Program-made: the position numbers and the translations under genes
Origin: Deltaproteobacteria bacterium GWA2_38_16
GTDB lineage: Bacteria; Bdellovibrionota; JACOXK01; 2-02-FULL-40-11
DNA: 64,000 nucleotides
Reading direction: 5' to 3'
Assembly (NCBI GenBank): GCA_001797335.1
Contig: MGPE01000005.1
Span: 39,929 to 103,928, forward strand
The notes under the pieces: model-generated
Database searches by the model: none
Told to the model about the DNA's origin: nothing
What the model saw: only the letters and a program-made list of their open reading frames with translations
Shown: piece by piece, positions 20,656 to 30,694 of the stretch
Layout: every line of letters starts with the position of its first letter
Position numbering within the stretch: position 1 is the first letter of the stretch

Positions 20656-20697
20656 AAAAAGCGCTCATTAAGCTAAGTTCTTATGAGCGTTTTTTTT
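20656..20697 (+). terminator. Rho-independent terminator
   Basis: AAAAAGCGCTCAT-loop-ATGAGCGTTTTTTTTT. Confidence 0.75.
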
Positions 20698-20704
20698 AAT
20701 TTTT

Positions 20705-21241
20705 ATGAGTATTCCAAAAGAACCGAGTCGAGTGAAATTGATTGTGAGCAGTATTTATTCAGATCAAGTGGCGTGTGAAAAAGTCGTCTCTTTACTCAAA
20801 GAAAAATTTGGTCTTATCGATATCATAGAGGCGCACTTTCCCTTTACCTTTACGACGTATTATCACAAAGAAATGGGAGAGCCTCTTTTTCGATCTTTTT
20901 TGAGTTTTCAAAAACACATTTTAAGAGAAGCGTTGCCGGATATTAAACTTTTTACCAACGAAATTGAAAATAGTCTTGCAAAAGAAGGGGGGCGGCGTAC
21001 TATAAACATTGATCCAGGATACATCAATGATGCGCAGCTTATTTTAGCAACTGGGAAAAATTTTTCGCATCGGATTTACTTGGGAAAAGGTATTTTTGGG
21101 GATTTAACGCTTATTTATTCAAAGGGTGAGTTTCATGCACAGCCATGGACCTATCCGGATTATCAACAAGAACCTATTTTAGGACTTCTAAAGAAAATGA
21201 GAGAGCGTTATTTAATTGAGTGTGAGGAGAATAGGGGATGA
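20705..21241 (+). CDS. DUF4416 family protein
   Basis: FTFTTYYHKEMG, LPDIKLFTNEIE, RTINIDPGY, LATGKNFSHRIYLGKGI, PWTYPDY. Confidence 0.88.
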   Translation: MSIPKEPSRVKLIVSSIYSDQVACEKVVSLLKEKFGLIDIIEAHFPFTFTTYYHKEMGEPLFRSFLSFQKHILREALPDIKLFTNEIENSLAKEGGRRTINIDPGYINDAQLILATGKNFSHRIYLGKGIFGDLTLIYSKGEFHAQPWTYPDYQQEPILGLLKKMRERYLIECEENRG

Positions 21242-21777
21242 ATCAAAAACTTAAAAAAATAAAAATGATTATTTTAGATGTCGATGGCGTCTTAACCGAT
21301 GCGGGGCTTATGATTGGATACAATGGTTTTGAATATATGAAATTTAATGTTCAAGATGGCGCGGGCATCGTGTTGGCTCAAAAAATAGGATATCGCTTTG
21401 CGATGATCACAGGGAGAAATACCGCCATTATTTCCCGAAGGGCCAAAATGTTACATATTAAAGATGTATATCAAAATAAACTTTATAAAATGGATTCTTA
21501 TAAAAAAATATTAAAAAAATACAAACTGAAAGATGAACATATTTGTTATATTGGAGATGATATTTTAGATCTGCCCATTTTAATGCGGGTTGGATTTTCA
21601 GCTGCTCCTCAAGACGCTGTGCCTGATGTTAAAAAACGAGTAGATTATGTTGCTAAACGTTTAGGGGGATGTGGGGCGGTACGAGAAATTATTGATATTA
21701 TTTTAGATGGTGCAGGAGTCAAAGATCAGTTTGTTAAAGATATTATGAAAGGCTACAAAGCAGGAAAACCGGCATGA
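21238..21777 (+). CDS. kdsC: Kdo 8-phosphate phosphatase
   Basis: LDVDGVLTD, FNVQDG, ITGR, YIGDDILDL, GGCGAVRE. Confidence 0.93.
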   Translation: MNQKLKKIKMIILDVDGVLTDAGLMIGYNGFEYMKFNVQDGAGIVLAQKIGYRFAMITGRNTAIISRRAKMLHIKDVYQNKLYKMDSYKKILKKYKLKDEHICYIGDDILDLPILMRVGFSAAPQDAVPDVKKRVDYVAKRLGGCGAVREIIDIILDGAGVKDQFVKDIMKGYKAGKPA

Positions 21778-22562
21778 AAGTCACGGTCATCATTCCTGCC
21801 CGCTACGCCTCTAGTCGATTTCCGGGAAAACCTTTAGCGCTTATTTCTGGAAAACCCATGGTTTGGCATGTGTATGAACGAGCTTCTAAGGCATCACTGG
21901 TAGATGAAGTTTTTGTGGCGACTGAAGATCATCGGGTGGAAGAGTGTGTTAAAAATTTTGATGGAAAAGTGGTGATGACTTCTTCAAATCACCAAAGCGG
22001 TACAGATCGTATGGCAGAAGTGGCAAAAAATATTTCATCAGATATTTTTATTAATGTACAAGGGGATGAACCTCTTATTTCTCCCGATCTGATTGATCAG
22101 GTGGCCTCAGCATTGATTAACTCTGAAAAAACGGTAATGAGTACCGCTAGAATTCCTTTTAAAACCAAAGAAGATTTTTTAAATCCCAATATGGTAAAAG
22201 TATTGTGTGATCAAGAAGGATACGCGCTTTATTTTTCCAGGTATCCCATTCCTTTTTTAAGAAAAACATGGACAGAAACCCGAAATTGGAATGATTTATT
22301 GGGATCTTATTCTTTATCTCACATTGAAGAGGCCCACGTTCAAAAACATTTGGGAATTTATGGATTTAAACGACAACTTCTATTGAATTTTTCAAGCTGG
22401 ACGCCTACTTCTCTTGAAAAAATGGAAGAACTAGAACAACTGCGTGCGTTGGAACATGGAGTAAAAATAAAAGTAGTCACAACAACGCATGAATCGGTGG
22501 CTGTAGATACGCCTGAAGATTTAAAGAAGGTCAATGAGCTTTTTAGTCCCAAACATTCGTAG
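21774..22562 (+). CDS. kdsB: CMP-Kdo synthetase
   Basis: IIPARYASSRFPGKPL, SGTDR, NVQGDEP, LYFSRYPIP, LEQLRALEHG, VDTPEDL. Confidence 0.97.
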   Translation: MKVTVIIPARYASSRFPGKPLALISGKPMVWHVYERASKASLVDEVFVATEDHRVEECVKNFDGKVVMTSSNHQSGTDRMAEVAKNISSDIFINVQGDEPLISPDLIDQVASALINSEKTVMSTARIPFKTKEDFLNPNMVKVLCDQEGYALYFSRYPIPFLRKTWTETRNWNDLLGSYSLSHIEEAHVQKHLGIYGFKRQLLLNFSSWTPTSLEKMEELEQLRALEHGVKIKVVTTTHESVAVDTPEDLKKVNELFSPKHS

Positions 22563-23820
22563 AATTTACGGACGTCTGATCCCTCCCCCCGATAAATCTA
22601 TTTCTCATCGGGCGTTGATGTTGTCTGCCCTGGCTCAGGGAAAATCAGAAATTAAAAATTTTTTAAGAGCCGAAGATTGTTTGGCCACGGCTCGAGCTTT
22701 AAAAATGATGGGGGTAGAAATTATTGAAGAGAAAAATAATTTATGTGTTTCGGGACAAGGTCTTTTTTCTCTTAAAAAACCGTCTCATGTTTTGGATGTG
22801 GGAGATTCGGGAACTACTCTTCGACTCTTAACGGGTATTTTATCTGCCCAAAAATTTTCTTCGGTGATTACCGGAGGGGATTCTTTGGTAAGACGTCCTG
22901 TGAAAGAACTGCTCTATCTTCTTCGAAGTATGGGAGCGCATGTCGAAGGACATGAGGATGATTCTTATCCTCCCGTGCATCTCTATCCGGTGACTAAAAA
23001 ACTGGTAGCTATCACCTGTAAACCTTCAACTGTCTCTGCCCAAATTAAATCAGCACTTCTGTTGGCCGGTCTTTATGTCGAAGGACAAACAGTGATTCAA
23101 GAAACTATTCACACAAGAGATCATACGGAACGATTGCTCAAATTGTTTGGGGCTGCCGTTCGAGAGGTGGATTCCAAGGTACAATTAACTCCCTCAGAGC
23201 TTCAAGGCCAATCCGTAACGATTCCCGGAGATATTTCAGCGGCTTCTTTTTTTATAACCCTGGCATTGCTATTACCAGAGTCTGAACTGGAGGTGGAAGA
23301 AGTAGGGCTTAATTTTACACGAACCGGATTTTTAGATGTCATTCAAGCCATGGGAGCCACGTGTGAGATAGATCCCTTGATCAAAGATTCCTATGAGCCT
23401 ACGGGAAGAATTTTTGTCAAAGCATCGCCACTCAAGGGAGTAACGGTTTCTAAAGAACTTACGATTCGTACTATCGATGAATTGCCTCTGGTTGCCTTAT
23501 TGGCTACGCAAGCTCATGGAGAAACCAAAATTTTAGATGCTGGGAATCTGCGATTTAAAGAAAGCGATCGTTTAAAAGCAGTTGCTTTAGAACTTTCCAG
23601 GCTGGGGGCCCATATTGAAGAAGAGGAGTCTGGGCTTGTTATTCAGGGGCCAACTCCTTTAAAGGGAGCAAAAGTCAAAAGTTATCACGATCATCGAATG
23701 GCCATGATGCTGATGCTTGCCGGAATGATTTCAGAGGGAGAAACCCAAATTGATTCTATTGAGTGTATTTCAAAATCATTTCCTAATTTTTTGATGGTTC
23801 TAGGAAAATTGTCAGAATGA
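22534..23820 (+). CDS. aroA: EPSP synthase
   Basis: PPDKSISHRA, SAQIKSA, TRDHTER, IDELP, KESDRL, DHRMAM. Confidence 0.93.
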   Translation: MSFLVPNIRRIYGRLIPPPDKSISHRALMLSALAQGKSEIKNFLRAEDCLATARALKMMGVEIIEEKNNLCVSGQGLFSLKKPSHVLDVGDSGTTLRLLTGILSAQKFSSVITGGDSLVRRPVKELLYLLRSMGAHVEGHEDDSYPPVHLYPVTKKLVAITCKPSTVSAQIKSALLLAGLYVEGQTVIQETIHTRDHTERLLKLFGAAVREVDSKVQLTPSELQGQSVTIPGDISAASFFITLALLLPESELEVEEVGLNFTRTGFLDVIQAMGATCEIDPLIKDSYEPTGRIFVKASPLKGVTVSKELTIRTIDELPLVALLATQAHGETKILDAGNLRFKESDRLKAVALELSRLGAHIEEEESGLVIQGPTPLKGAKVKSYHDHRMAMMLMLAGMISEGETQIDSIECISKSFPNFLMVLGKLSE

Positions 23821-24485
23821 AAAAAATAACCATTGTCATAGATGGTCCTGCTGGATCGGGAAAAAGTACCGTCAGTCAAAAATTAGCCAAGAAATTGGGA
23901 TATACATATCTCGATAGTGGGGCACTGTATCGTTCTATAGCCTTAAAGGCGAGCCATAAAAAAGTAAAATCTCAAAACTCACAACAACTCTATCGTTTGT
24001 GTAAAAACAGTATCATTGCTTTTAAAAAAAAAGAGGGGAAGCAGCATGTTTTTTTAGATCACAAGGATATTACTCAAAAAATTAGGACCCGAAAAATAAG
24101 TCTTTTGGCTTCTCTCTATTCTAAACTGCCCGTGGTTCGAAAAGCACTTTTGTATCAGCAACAAAAATTGGGGAAAAAAGGAGGCATGGTTGCAGAAGGG
24201 CGGGATTTAGGAACCGTTGTCTTCCCAAAAGCAGAACTTAAATTTTTTCTTATTGCTTCCTTAAAAGAGCGGGCTAAAAGGCGGTATTTGGAACTAAAAG
24301 AGAAATTTAAAAAAATATCTTTGCGCCATATTGAAAAAGAAATTCAAAAACGAGATAAAGAAGATTCAAAACGGGCCCTAGCCCCCTTAAAAAAAGCCAA
24401 AGATGCTATCTCGTTAGATACAACTTCCCTCACCATTGACCAAGTGGTGTCTCGCATGTATAAAGAATTTTTAAAACGCGTATGA
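23817..24485 (+). CDS. cmk: Cytidylate kinase
   Basis: IDGPAGSGKST, LDSGALYR, EGRDLGTVVFP. Confidence 0.96.
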   Translation: MKKITIVIDGPAGSGKSTVSQKLAKKLGYTYLDSGALYRSIALKASHKKVKSQNSQQLYRLCKNSIIAFKKKEGKQHVFLDHKDITQKIRTRKISLLASLYSKLPVVRKALLYQQQKLGKKGGMVAEGRDLGTVVFPKAELKFFLIASLKERAKRRYLELKEKFKKISLRHIEKEIQKRDKEDSKRALAPLKKAKDAISLDTTSLTIDQVVSRMYKEFLKRV

Positions 24486-25345
24486 AAATCATTGTTCCAC
24501 AAAATGCGGGTGTCTGCTGGGGAGTAGAACGAGCCATTGATATGGCGTATAAAACAGTAGAGACGCCTACTCAGCATCATATTGTAAGTCTGGGCCCTCT
24601 GGTCCATAACCCTGAAGTTGTCGAAGATTTTAAACAAAAAGGGGTAGAAGTTGTGAATAATTTAGAAGAAGCTAAAGAAGGTACTGTGATCTTTCGTTCC
24701 CATGGAGTTCCTGTTCAATATTATAATGATGCAAAATCTAAAAATTTAAAAGTGGTGGATGCTACATGTCCTTTTGTAAAGCGCTCTCAAAATTATGCCA
24801 GGCGTTTAAGTCGACAAGGATATTTTGTGGTGATTGTGGGAGATGAAAAACATCCCGAAATGAAAAGTGTTCGAAGTTTTGTCGAAGGTCCACATATTGT
24901 ATCCATGGACCCCAAAATTGTAGACCAAATTCCTTCAACTCAAAAAGTAGGTATTGTCGCACAAACCACTGTGCCGTTGACGATGTTAGAAGCAATGGTT
25001 TCGAAGGCTCAAAAAAGATTTCCAGAGGTCAAAGTACACGATACCATTTGCGATGCCACCAAGGTCCGTCAAGAAGAAGCCGCCGAAACAGCCAAACAAG
25101 TAGATTGCATGATTATTATTGGGGGGAGAGAAAGCTCTAATACCAAGAAACTCACTAAAATTTGTAAAGAGATTCAGCCCAAAAGCTTTGAAATTGAACA
25201 CGAAAGAGAAATTGATTTTTCTTGGTTTCAAGGAGTGCAAGTGCTGGGGATTACGGCTGGTGCTTCTACGCCTGTGCCTGTTATTCAACGGGTGTGTGAT
25301 TATATTTTGTCTAATCTTTCTTTTAAGGCGTCTAGTTCTTTTTGA
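24482..25345 (+). CDS. ispH: HMBPP reductase
   Basis: AGVCWGVERA, LVHN, RSHGV, DATCPFV, QTT, DTICDATKVRQ, SSNT, TAGASTP. Confidence 0.96.
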   Translation: MKIIVPQNAGVCWGVERAIDMAYKTVETPTQHHIVSLGPLVHNPEVVEDFKQKGVEVVNNLEEAKEGTVIFRSHGVPVQYYNDAKSKNLKVVDATCPFVKRSQNYARRLSRQGYFVVIVGDEKHPEMKSVRSFVEGPHIVSMDPKIVDQIPSTQKVGIVAQTTVPLTMLEAMVSKAQKRFPEVKVHDTICDATKVRQEEAAETAKQVDCMIIIGGRESSNTKKLTKICKEIQPKSFEIEHEREIDFSWFQGVQVLGITAGASTPVPVIQRVCDYILSNLSFKASSSF

Positions 25346-26295
25346 AGGGCGTGGATATCTTTGCTCATTTGAGGAAGTTGTTTCCACAAAGCCATCATTC
25401 TAAAAAATTCTTTAATGGGCATAGCAGGGCTTCCTAAAAGCGTTTCTCCAGGCTCGGTGTTTCTTAAAATACCGGCTTGTGCAGCAATTTTGCTTTGAGG
25501 GGCAATGTCTATATGGTCGGGAATACCGGCTTGCCCGCCGAGCATCGAACCATCTCCAACAGTAGAGCTTCCAGCAATTCCCACTTGGCTGCATAAAATA
25601 CAATGGTTTCCAATGTGAACGTTGTGTCCAATTTGGACCAGATTATCAATTTTGGTTCCCTGTTTAATTCGAGTTTCACCGGTGGTGGCTCTATCGATGG
25701 CTGTATTAGAACCAATTTCTACATCATCTTCGACGATGACTTTTCCAATTTGAGGAATTTTATAATGTTGTTTTCCATCCCACACAAATCCAAATCCATC
25801 ATCACCAATAATAGAGCCTGCATGGAGAATCACTCTTTTCCCAATGTGGGTATTTGGAAATAGGGTGACATGAGGATATAAAATACTGTCTTGATCAATG
25901 CGTGCGTCTTGTCCAATGTAGACTCCTGGATAAATTACCACATTTTTCCCAATTTTAGCACCCCGTCTGACAGTGACAAAAGGATAAATAATGACTGAAG
26001 GATCAATTTGGGTATTTTCTTCTACCCAGGCCCTGGGATCTATTCCTGGTTTTAAGGTTTCAGGTCTTTGAAAGAGTTCTAGAGTTTTTGCAAAAGCCAG
26101 TTTTGGATTAGGGGCGATCAAAACGGTTTTCGACGTTTCTAGGGGATGATCTGAAATTAAAATAGAAGCCGTTGTTTTTTCAAGCTGAGAAGGATGAGTA
26201 ATAAATGTAACCTCTTGAATGGCTTTAATTTCTCCTTCAGCATTTCCAATGAGCTCAGCTTCAAGATGGGTGGCTAATTGTTGAATGGTTAACAT
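25300..26295 (-). CDS. lpxD: UDP-3-O-acylglucosamine N-acyltransferase
   Basis: IGDDGFGF, KIPQIGKV, IDRAT, KIDNLVQIGHNV, SQVGIAGS. Confidence 0.96.
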   Translation of the reverse strand: MLTIQQLATHLEAELIGNAEGEIKAIQEVTFITHPSQLEKTTASILISDHPLETSKTVLIAPNPKLAFAKTLELFQRPETLKPGIDPRAWVEENTQIDPSVIIYPFVTVRRGAKIGKNVVIYPGVYIGQDARIDQDSILYPHVTLFPNTHIGKRVILHAGSIIGDDGFGFVWDGKQHYKIPQIGKVIVEDDVEIGSNTAIDRATTGETRIKQGTKIDNLVQIGHNVHIGNHCILCSQVGIAGSSTVGDGSMLGGQAGIPDHIDIAPQSKIAAQAGILRNTEPGETLLGSPAMPIKEFFRMMALWKQLPQMSKDIHALQKELDALKERLDKI

Positions 26296-26461
26296 ACGGA
26301 TGACTTTCTTGTAAGAAAAATAACGCTAAACGTCAAATGTATTTTTGTGAAAAATAGACTATCCTTGACAACGGCAGTAGAGTTTAGTACATCTATTTTT
26401 ACCTAATTCCTTGAAAGGAATAGGAATTTTTTATTTTAGGAGGTTTTTTTCAAGTTTGTTA

Positions 26462-28204
26462 ATGGCAGAATCAGAGAAAAGTTTTAAAGAATTATTTGAA
26501 GAGAGTTTAAAAGGACGACATTTTACAGAAGGTGAGGTTGTTGAAGGAACCGTCATTCAAATTACCAAAGATTTTGTTATTGTCGATATCGGCTATAAAT
26601 CAGAAGGCCAAATCCCACTCCGAGAATTTTTAGATACCAAAGGTCAGCTCTACATTAAAGAAGGTGATAAGTTCCCTGTCTATCTAGAAAGAATAGAAAA
26701 TGAAGATGGACTGGTACAATTATCTCGCCAACGCGCAGAAGCCCTTCAAGTCTGGGATGAAATTTTAAAAGCAGCCAATGAAGGACATATTGTAGAAGGT
26801 TTGGTGGTCGATAAAGTAAAAGGCGGATTATCGGTGGATATTGGTGTAAAAGCCTTTTTACCTGCATCTCAAATTGATATGCGTCCTCCTAAAAATTTAA
26901 ATCAATACGTTGGGAAGAAATATCGATTTAAAGTCATTAAGCTCAATAAAAAACGAGGCAATGTGGTTTTATCGAGACGTGCTGTTATCGAACAAGAACG
27001 AGAAGAAAAAAGATCCACACTGCTTCAAAACATGGAACCCGGAAATGTGGTTGAAGGGACCGTTAAAAATATTACCGAATATGGGGCTTTTATTGATTTA
27101 GGCGGGATGGATGGACTTTTACATATTACCGATATGTCATGGGGAAGATTAAAACATCCTTCAGAAATTTTATCAGTAGGGGACAGCATTCAAGTCAAGA
27201 TCCTGGCTTATGATCAAGAAAAAGAGCGCGTGTCGTTGGGATTAAAACAAATTCAGCCAGATCCTTGGGATCAAGTAAAATATAAGTATCGTGCGGGAGA
27301 TAAAATAAAAGGTAAAATCATTAATTTAGCTGACTATGGAGCCTTTGTTGAAATTGATAAAGGAGTGGAAGGTTTAATTCATGTGAGTGAAATGTCTTGG
27401 ACTCAAAAAATTAAGCATCCTTCTCAAGTGGTCGCAGTGGGAAATCAAGTGGAAGCACAAGTGTTGGACATTGATACCGTCAATCGCCGAATTTCGTTGG
27501 GGCTTAAACAGCTGTTAGATAATCCTTGGGAAAGTTTAGCCACGAAATTTCCTCCAGGTACTCACATTAAAGGACAAGTGAAGAATGTAACCGACTTTGG
27601 AGTTTTTGTCGGGGTTGAAGAAGGCATTGATGGACTTGTTCATGTGTCCGATATTTCTTGGACGCAAAAAAATATTAAACCTCAGGAGCTTTATAAAAAA
27701 GGGCAAGAGATTGAGGTTGTGGTGCTCAATATTGATCCTGAAAATGAAAAATTTTCTTTGGGTGTTAAACAGCTTGAGAAAGATCCTTGGCAAGAAGTGG
27801 AAGCCAATCTTAAAAAAGGCAGTGTGATTGAAGGGAAAATTACCAAAATTGTTGACTTTGGTCTTTTCGTAGAAGTGGCTCCCTATGTGGAAGGGCTTGT
27901 GCATATTTCAGAAATTACGAAAGAAAAAGTAGATGATCCAAAATCTCTCCATAAGATAGGAGAAGTGGTACGGACAGAAGTTTTGGGAATTGATCACCGG
28001 GAAAGAAAACTTTCTTTAAGTATTAAATCCTTAGCTCATAGAGAAGAAAAAGAAACCATTTCTAAGTACATGACAGAAGGCAAAAAACAGCCCAAGAAAA
28101 AATTAGGCGATCTCTTTGAAAAAGAAGGTTTAATTCAAAAATTAAAGCGCACTGTTAAAAAAGCAAAATCAGACGATAAAGAAGACAGTAAAAAAGAAGA
28201 ATAA
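26462..28204 (+). CDS. rpsA: 30S ribosomal protein S1
   Basis: Six S1 repeats (DIGYKSEG, AFLPASQ, DGLLHITDMSW, EGLIHVSEMSW). Confidence 0.97.
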   Translation: MAESEKSFKELFEESLKGRHFTEGEVVEGTVIQITKDFVIVDIGYKSEGQIPLREFLDTKGQLYIKEGDKFPVYLERIENEDGLVQLSRQRAEALQVWDEILKAANEGHIVEGLVVDKVKGGLSVDIGVKAFLPASQIDMRPPKNLNQYVGKKYRFKVIKLNKKRGNVVLSRRAVIEQEREEKRSTLLQNMEPGNVVEGTVKNITEYGAFIDLGGMDGLLHITDMSWGRLKHPSEILSVGDSIQVKILAYDQEKERVSLGLKQIQPDPWDQVKYKYRAGDKIKGKIINLADYGAFVEIDKGVEGLIHVSEMSWTQKIKHPSQVVAVGNQVEAQVLDIDTVNRRISLGLKQLLDNPWESLATKFPPGTHIKGQVKNVTDFGVFVGVEEGIDGLVHVSDISWTQKNIKPQELYKKGQEIEVVVLNIDPENEKFSLGVKQLEKDPWQEVEANLKKGSVIEGKITKIVDFGLFVEVAPYVEGLVHISEITKEKVDDPKSLHKIGEVVRTEVLGIDHRERKLSLSIKSLAHREEKETISKYMTEGKKQPKKKLGDLFEKEGLIQKLKRTVKKAKSDDKEDSKKEE

Positions 28205-28219
28205 CAACAACACCTGAAT

Positions 28220-29113
28220 ATGAGTAAACATCCATTTTTGGTTTTTCTGGCCATTGTGGGTGCTTTTTTTATTCTCCTTGTTACCGTTATCACCGTAGGT
28301 ATCTTTTTATTCTTTGGCCAAAAGCCTTCTATTATGAAAGCCGATAGCATCGGGATATTAAAGATTGAAGGGATTATTGTAGAATCAGATCCTATTTTAA
28401 AAACCATTCGAAAATTTAAAGAAGATAACAGTATCAAAGCAATAATTGTTCGCATTGATTCTCCAGGTGGGGTGGTGGGGCCATCACAAGAGATTTATAG
28501 TGAATTAAAAAAATTAAAATCAGTAAAAAAAGTCGTAGCATCCATGGGAGCCTTGGGGGCTTCAGGGGCCTATTATATTGCCTGTGCAGCAGATAAAATT
28601 ATTGCCAATCCTGGAACATTGACGGGAAGTATTGGGGTTATTATGGAGTTTGCCAACCTTCAAAAACTCTATCAGTGGGCAAAATTGGATCACACGGTCA
28701 TTAAAAGTGGAAAAATGAAAGATGTGGGATCTCCTTTTCGTCCGATGAATCCAGAGGAAAAAGAATTTTTAAATCAATTGGTGTTTAATGTTCATCATCA
28801 GTTTAAAGATGTGGTGGTGTCTGAAAGAAAAATTAAAAGTAGCGATGTAGAAAAAGTCACCGATGGCAGAATTTTTACAGGAGAACAGGCAAAGGCTTTA
28901 GGTCTTATCGACCAATTGGGAAATTTTGAAGACGCCATAGAGGTAGCTAAAGAATTGGGTCATATTAAAGGAAAACCAGAGCTTTTATATCCTCCCAAAG
29001 AACGTATGCCGCTTCTTCGATATTTAGTAGATGAATCCCTCAATAAATTTATTGATCAGGTGACAACTAAAAATAGTATTACTTCTCCTCTTCTTTTTTT
29101 AATGCAGCCATGA
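28220..29113 (+). CDS. sppA: Signal peptide peptidase SppA (36K type)
   Basis: RIDSPGG, ASGAYYIA, TGSIGV, KSGKMKD, DGRIFTG. Confidence 0.94.
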   Translation: MSKHPFLVFLAIVGAFFILLVTVITVGIFLFFGQKPSIMKADSIGILKIEGIIVESDPILKTIRKFKEDNSIKAIIVRIDSPGGVVGPSQEIYSELKKLKSVKKVVASMGALGASGAYYIACAADKIIANPGTLTGSIGVIMEFANLQKLYQWAKLDHTVIKSGKMKDVGSPFRPMNPEEKEFLNQLVFNVHHQFKDVVVSERKIKSSDVEKVTDGRIFTGEQAKALGLIDQLGNFEDAIEVAKELGHIKGKPELLYPPKERMPLLRYLVDESLNKFIDQVTTKNSITSPLLFLMQP

Positions 29114-29622
29114 AACAACTGTGGGCTCCCTGGCGGATGGATTATATTAAAGATATCCGAAAAAATGAGAAGAAAGCGTGTATCTTTTGCACGCACCCCA
29201 AGAAAAAAAATCAAATGCAATTTTTGGTTTTAGCACAAACTCCTTTGAGTTTTGTGATCATGAATAAATATCCTTATAGCAGTGGGCATCTTTTGGTGGT
29301 TCCCAAACGTCATGTGTCAGAATTTACAGCATTAAATTCTGAAGAAGGGTTAGACCTTTTTTTAACTCAGCAAAAGACAATTGAAATTTTAAGGAAAGTT
29401 TTAAAACCTCAGGGGATCAATATTGGGATGAATGTGGGAAAAGCTGCAGGAGCAGGGATTGATGCCCATCTTCACACTCATATTGTACCTCGATGGTTTG
29501 GAGATACTAACTTTATGGCCGTAACCGCCCATTCCAGAGTTATTCCAGAAGGTTTGTTAAAGACATATCAGAAACTCCAACCTCATTTTACATCATCCCC
29601 GCGAAGGCGGGGATCCGTTTAA
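29110..29622 (+). CDS. HIT family (Ap4A phosphorylase-like) protein
   Basis: LWAPWR, CIFC, NKYPY..GH, HLHTHIVPRW. Confidence 0.92.
   Translation: MKQLWAPWRMDYIKDIRKNEKKACIFCTHPKKKNQMQFLVLAQTPLSFVIMNKYPYSSGHLLVVPKRHVSEFTALNSEEGLDLFLTQQKTIEILRKVLKPQGINIGMNVGKAAGAGIDAHLHTHIVPRWFGDTNFMAVTAHSRVIPEGLLKTYQKLQPHFTSSPRRRGSV
29592..29616 (+). repeat. dRS3-like palindromic repeat forming the HIT C-terminus
   Basis: ATCATCCCCGCGAAGGCGGGGATCC hairpin; encodes SSPRRRGS. Confidence 0.75.
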
Positions 29623-29651
29623 GTTTCCTTCAAAAGCATCCGATACGAAAT

Positions 29652-30674
29652 GTGATGGTAAGAGAAAGTGCAGCCATAAAACTTATGGTCGAAGAACATC
29701 CTTTATTTGATCGTTTGAAAGACATTATTGATGCCCACGATCGTTTTATTGTGACAACTCACATTGTTCCCGATGGCGATGGACTTGGGGGAGAAATTGC
29801 GCTGGCGACCTATATTAAACAACTTGGGAAAACGTGTCATATTATTAACTCTGATCCTACCCCGGATAAATTTAATCTTGTTGATTCTGAAAATGAAATT
29901 AAAATGTGGAAAGAGGGAATGCCTCTTCCCAAAGCCCAAGTGGTTTTTGCTATCGATGTCAATGATTGGGAAAGAGTGGGGGGGCTTAAAAAACATCTTG
30001 AAGCATTAAAAAGCGAAATCATTTTTATTGATCACCACATTGCCGATGAAAAGATGAGATCTCTTCATATTATTGATGAAGATGTGTCTTCTATGGGGGA
30101 GCTTCTCTATCGATTTTTTAAATATGTAAAAGCTGAGATCACCTTTAAAATGGCGCTGGCTATGTATGTATCTATTTTTACTGATACCCGTGGTTTTAGA
30201 CACAGAAAAACAACAGCTCTTTCCCATGCCATTTGTGCAGCACTGGTGGAAACGGGAGTAAATCCAGATTTTGTGTATAAAAAAGTTCATCAAATGAGAG
30301 CGCTTTCTGAAATGAAGCTTTTGGGGGAAGTGTTAAATCATGTTCAAATAACAGCCCAAGGGAAAATTGCTTGGCTAGAAGTATCTCAAGAACTTCAAAA
30401 AAAATATGGAGCTATAGCCGAAGATTCGCAAGGATTTGTAGATCAGCTGATGATCTTAAAAGATGTGGAAATAGGAATCTTATTTCGGGAAGAGCCCACA
30501 GGAAAGATTACGGTGAGCTTTCGGTCCAAAGGGAATGTGGAAATTTTTCCCATGGTCAAAAAATTAGGGGGCGGTGGGCACGCCTATGAAGCTGGTATCC
30601 TCATGAAAAAAGGAACGTTAAAAGAAGTGGTTCAAAAAGTCCTCTTAGAAATTAAAAAATTAGTGTCATCCTGA
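29652..30674 (+). CDS. DHH/DHHA1 phosphoesterase (NrnA-like)
   Basis: THIVPDGDGLG, IDHH, TDT, SFRSK, GGGGH. Confidence 0.9.
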   Translation: MMVRESAAIKLMVEEHPLFDRLKDIIDAHDRFIVTTHIVPDGDGLGGEIALATYIKQLGKTCHIINSDPTPDKFNLVDSENEIKMWKEGMPLPKAQVVFAIDVNDWERVGGLKKHLEALKSEIIFIDHHIADEKMRSLHIIDEDVSSMGELLYRFFKYVKAEITFKMALAMYVSIFTDTRGFRHRKTTALSHAICAALVETGVNPDFVYKKVHQMRALSEMKLLGEVLNHVQITAQGKIAWLEVSQELQKKYGAIAEDSQGFVDQLMILKDVEIGILFREEPTGKITVSFRSKGNVEIFPMVKKLGGGGHAYEAGILMKKGTLKEVVQKVLLEIKKLVSS

Positions 30675-30691
30675 GCGTAGCGAAGGATCTC
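30664..30691 (+). repeat. GTCAT-tagged palindromic repeat supplying the DHH stop codon
   Basis: TGTCATCCTGAGCGTAGCGAAGGATCTC. Confidence 0.85.
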
Positions 30692-30694
30692 GTC

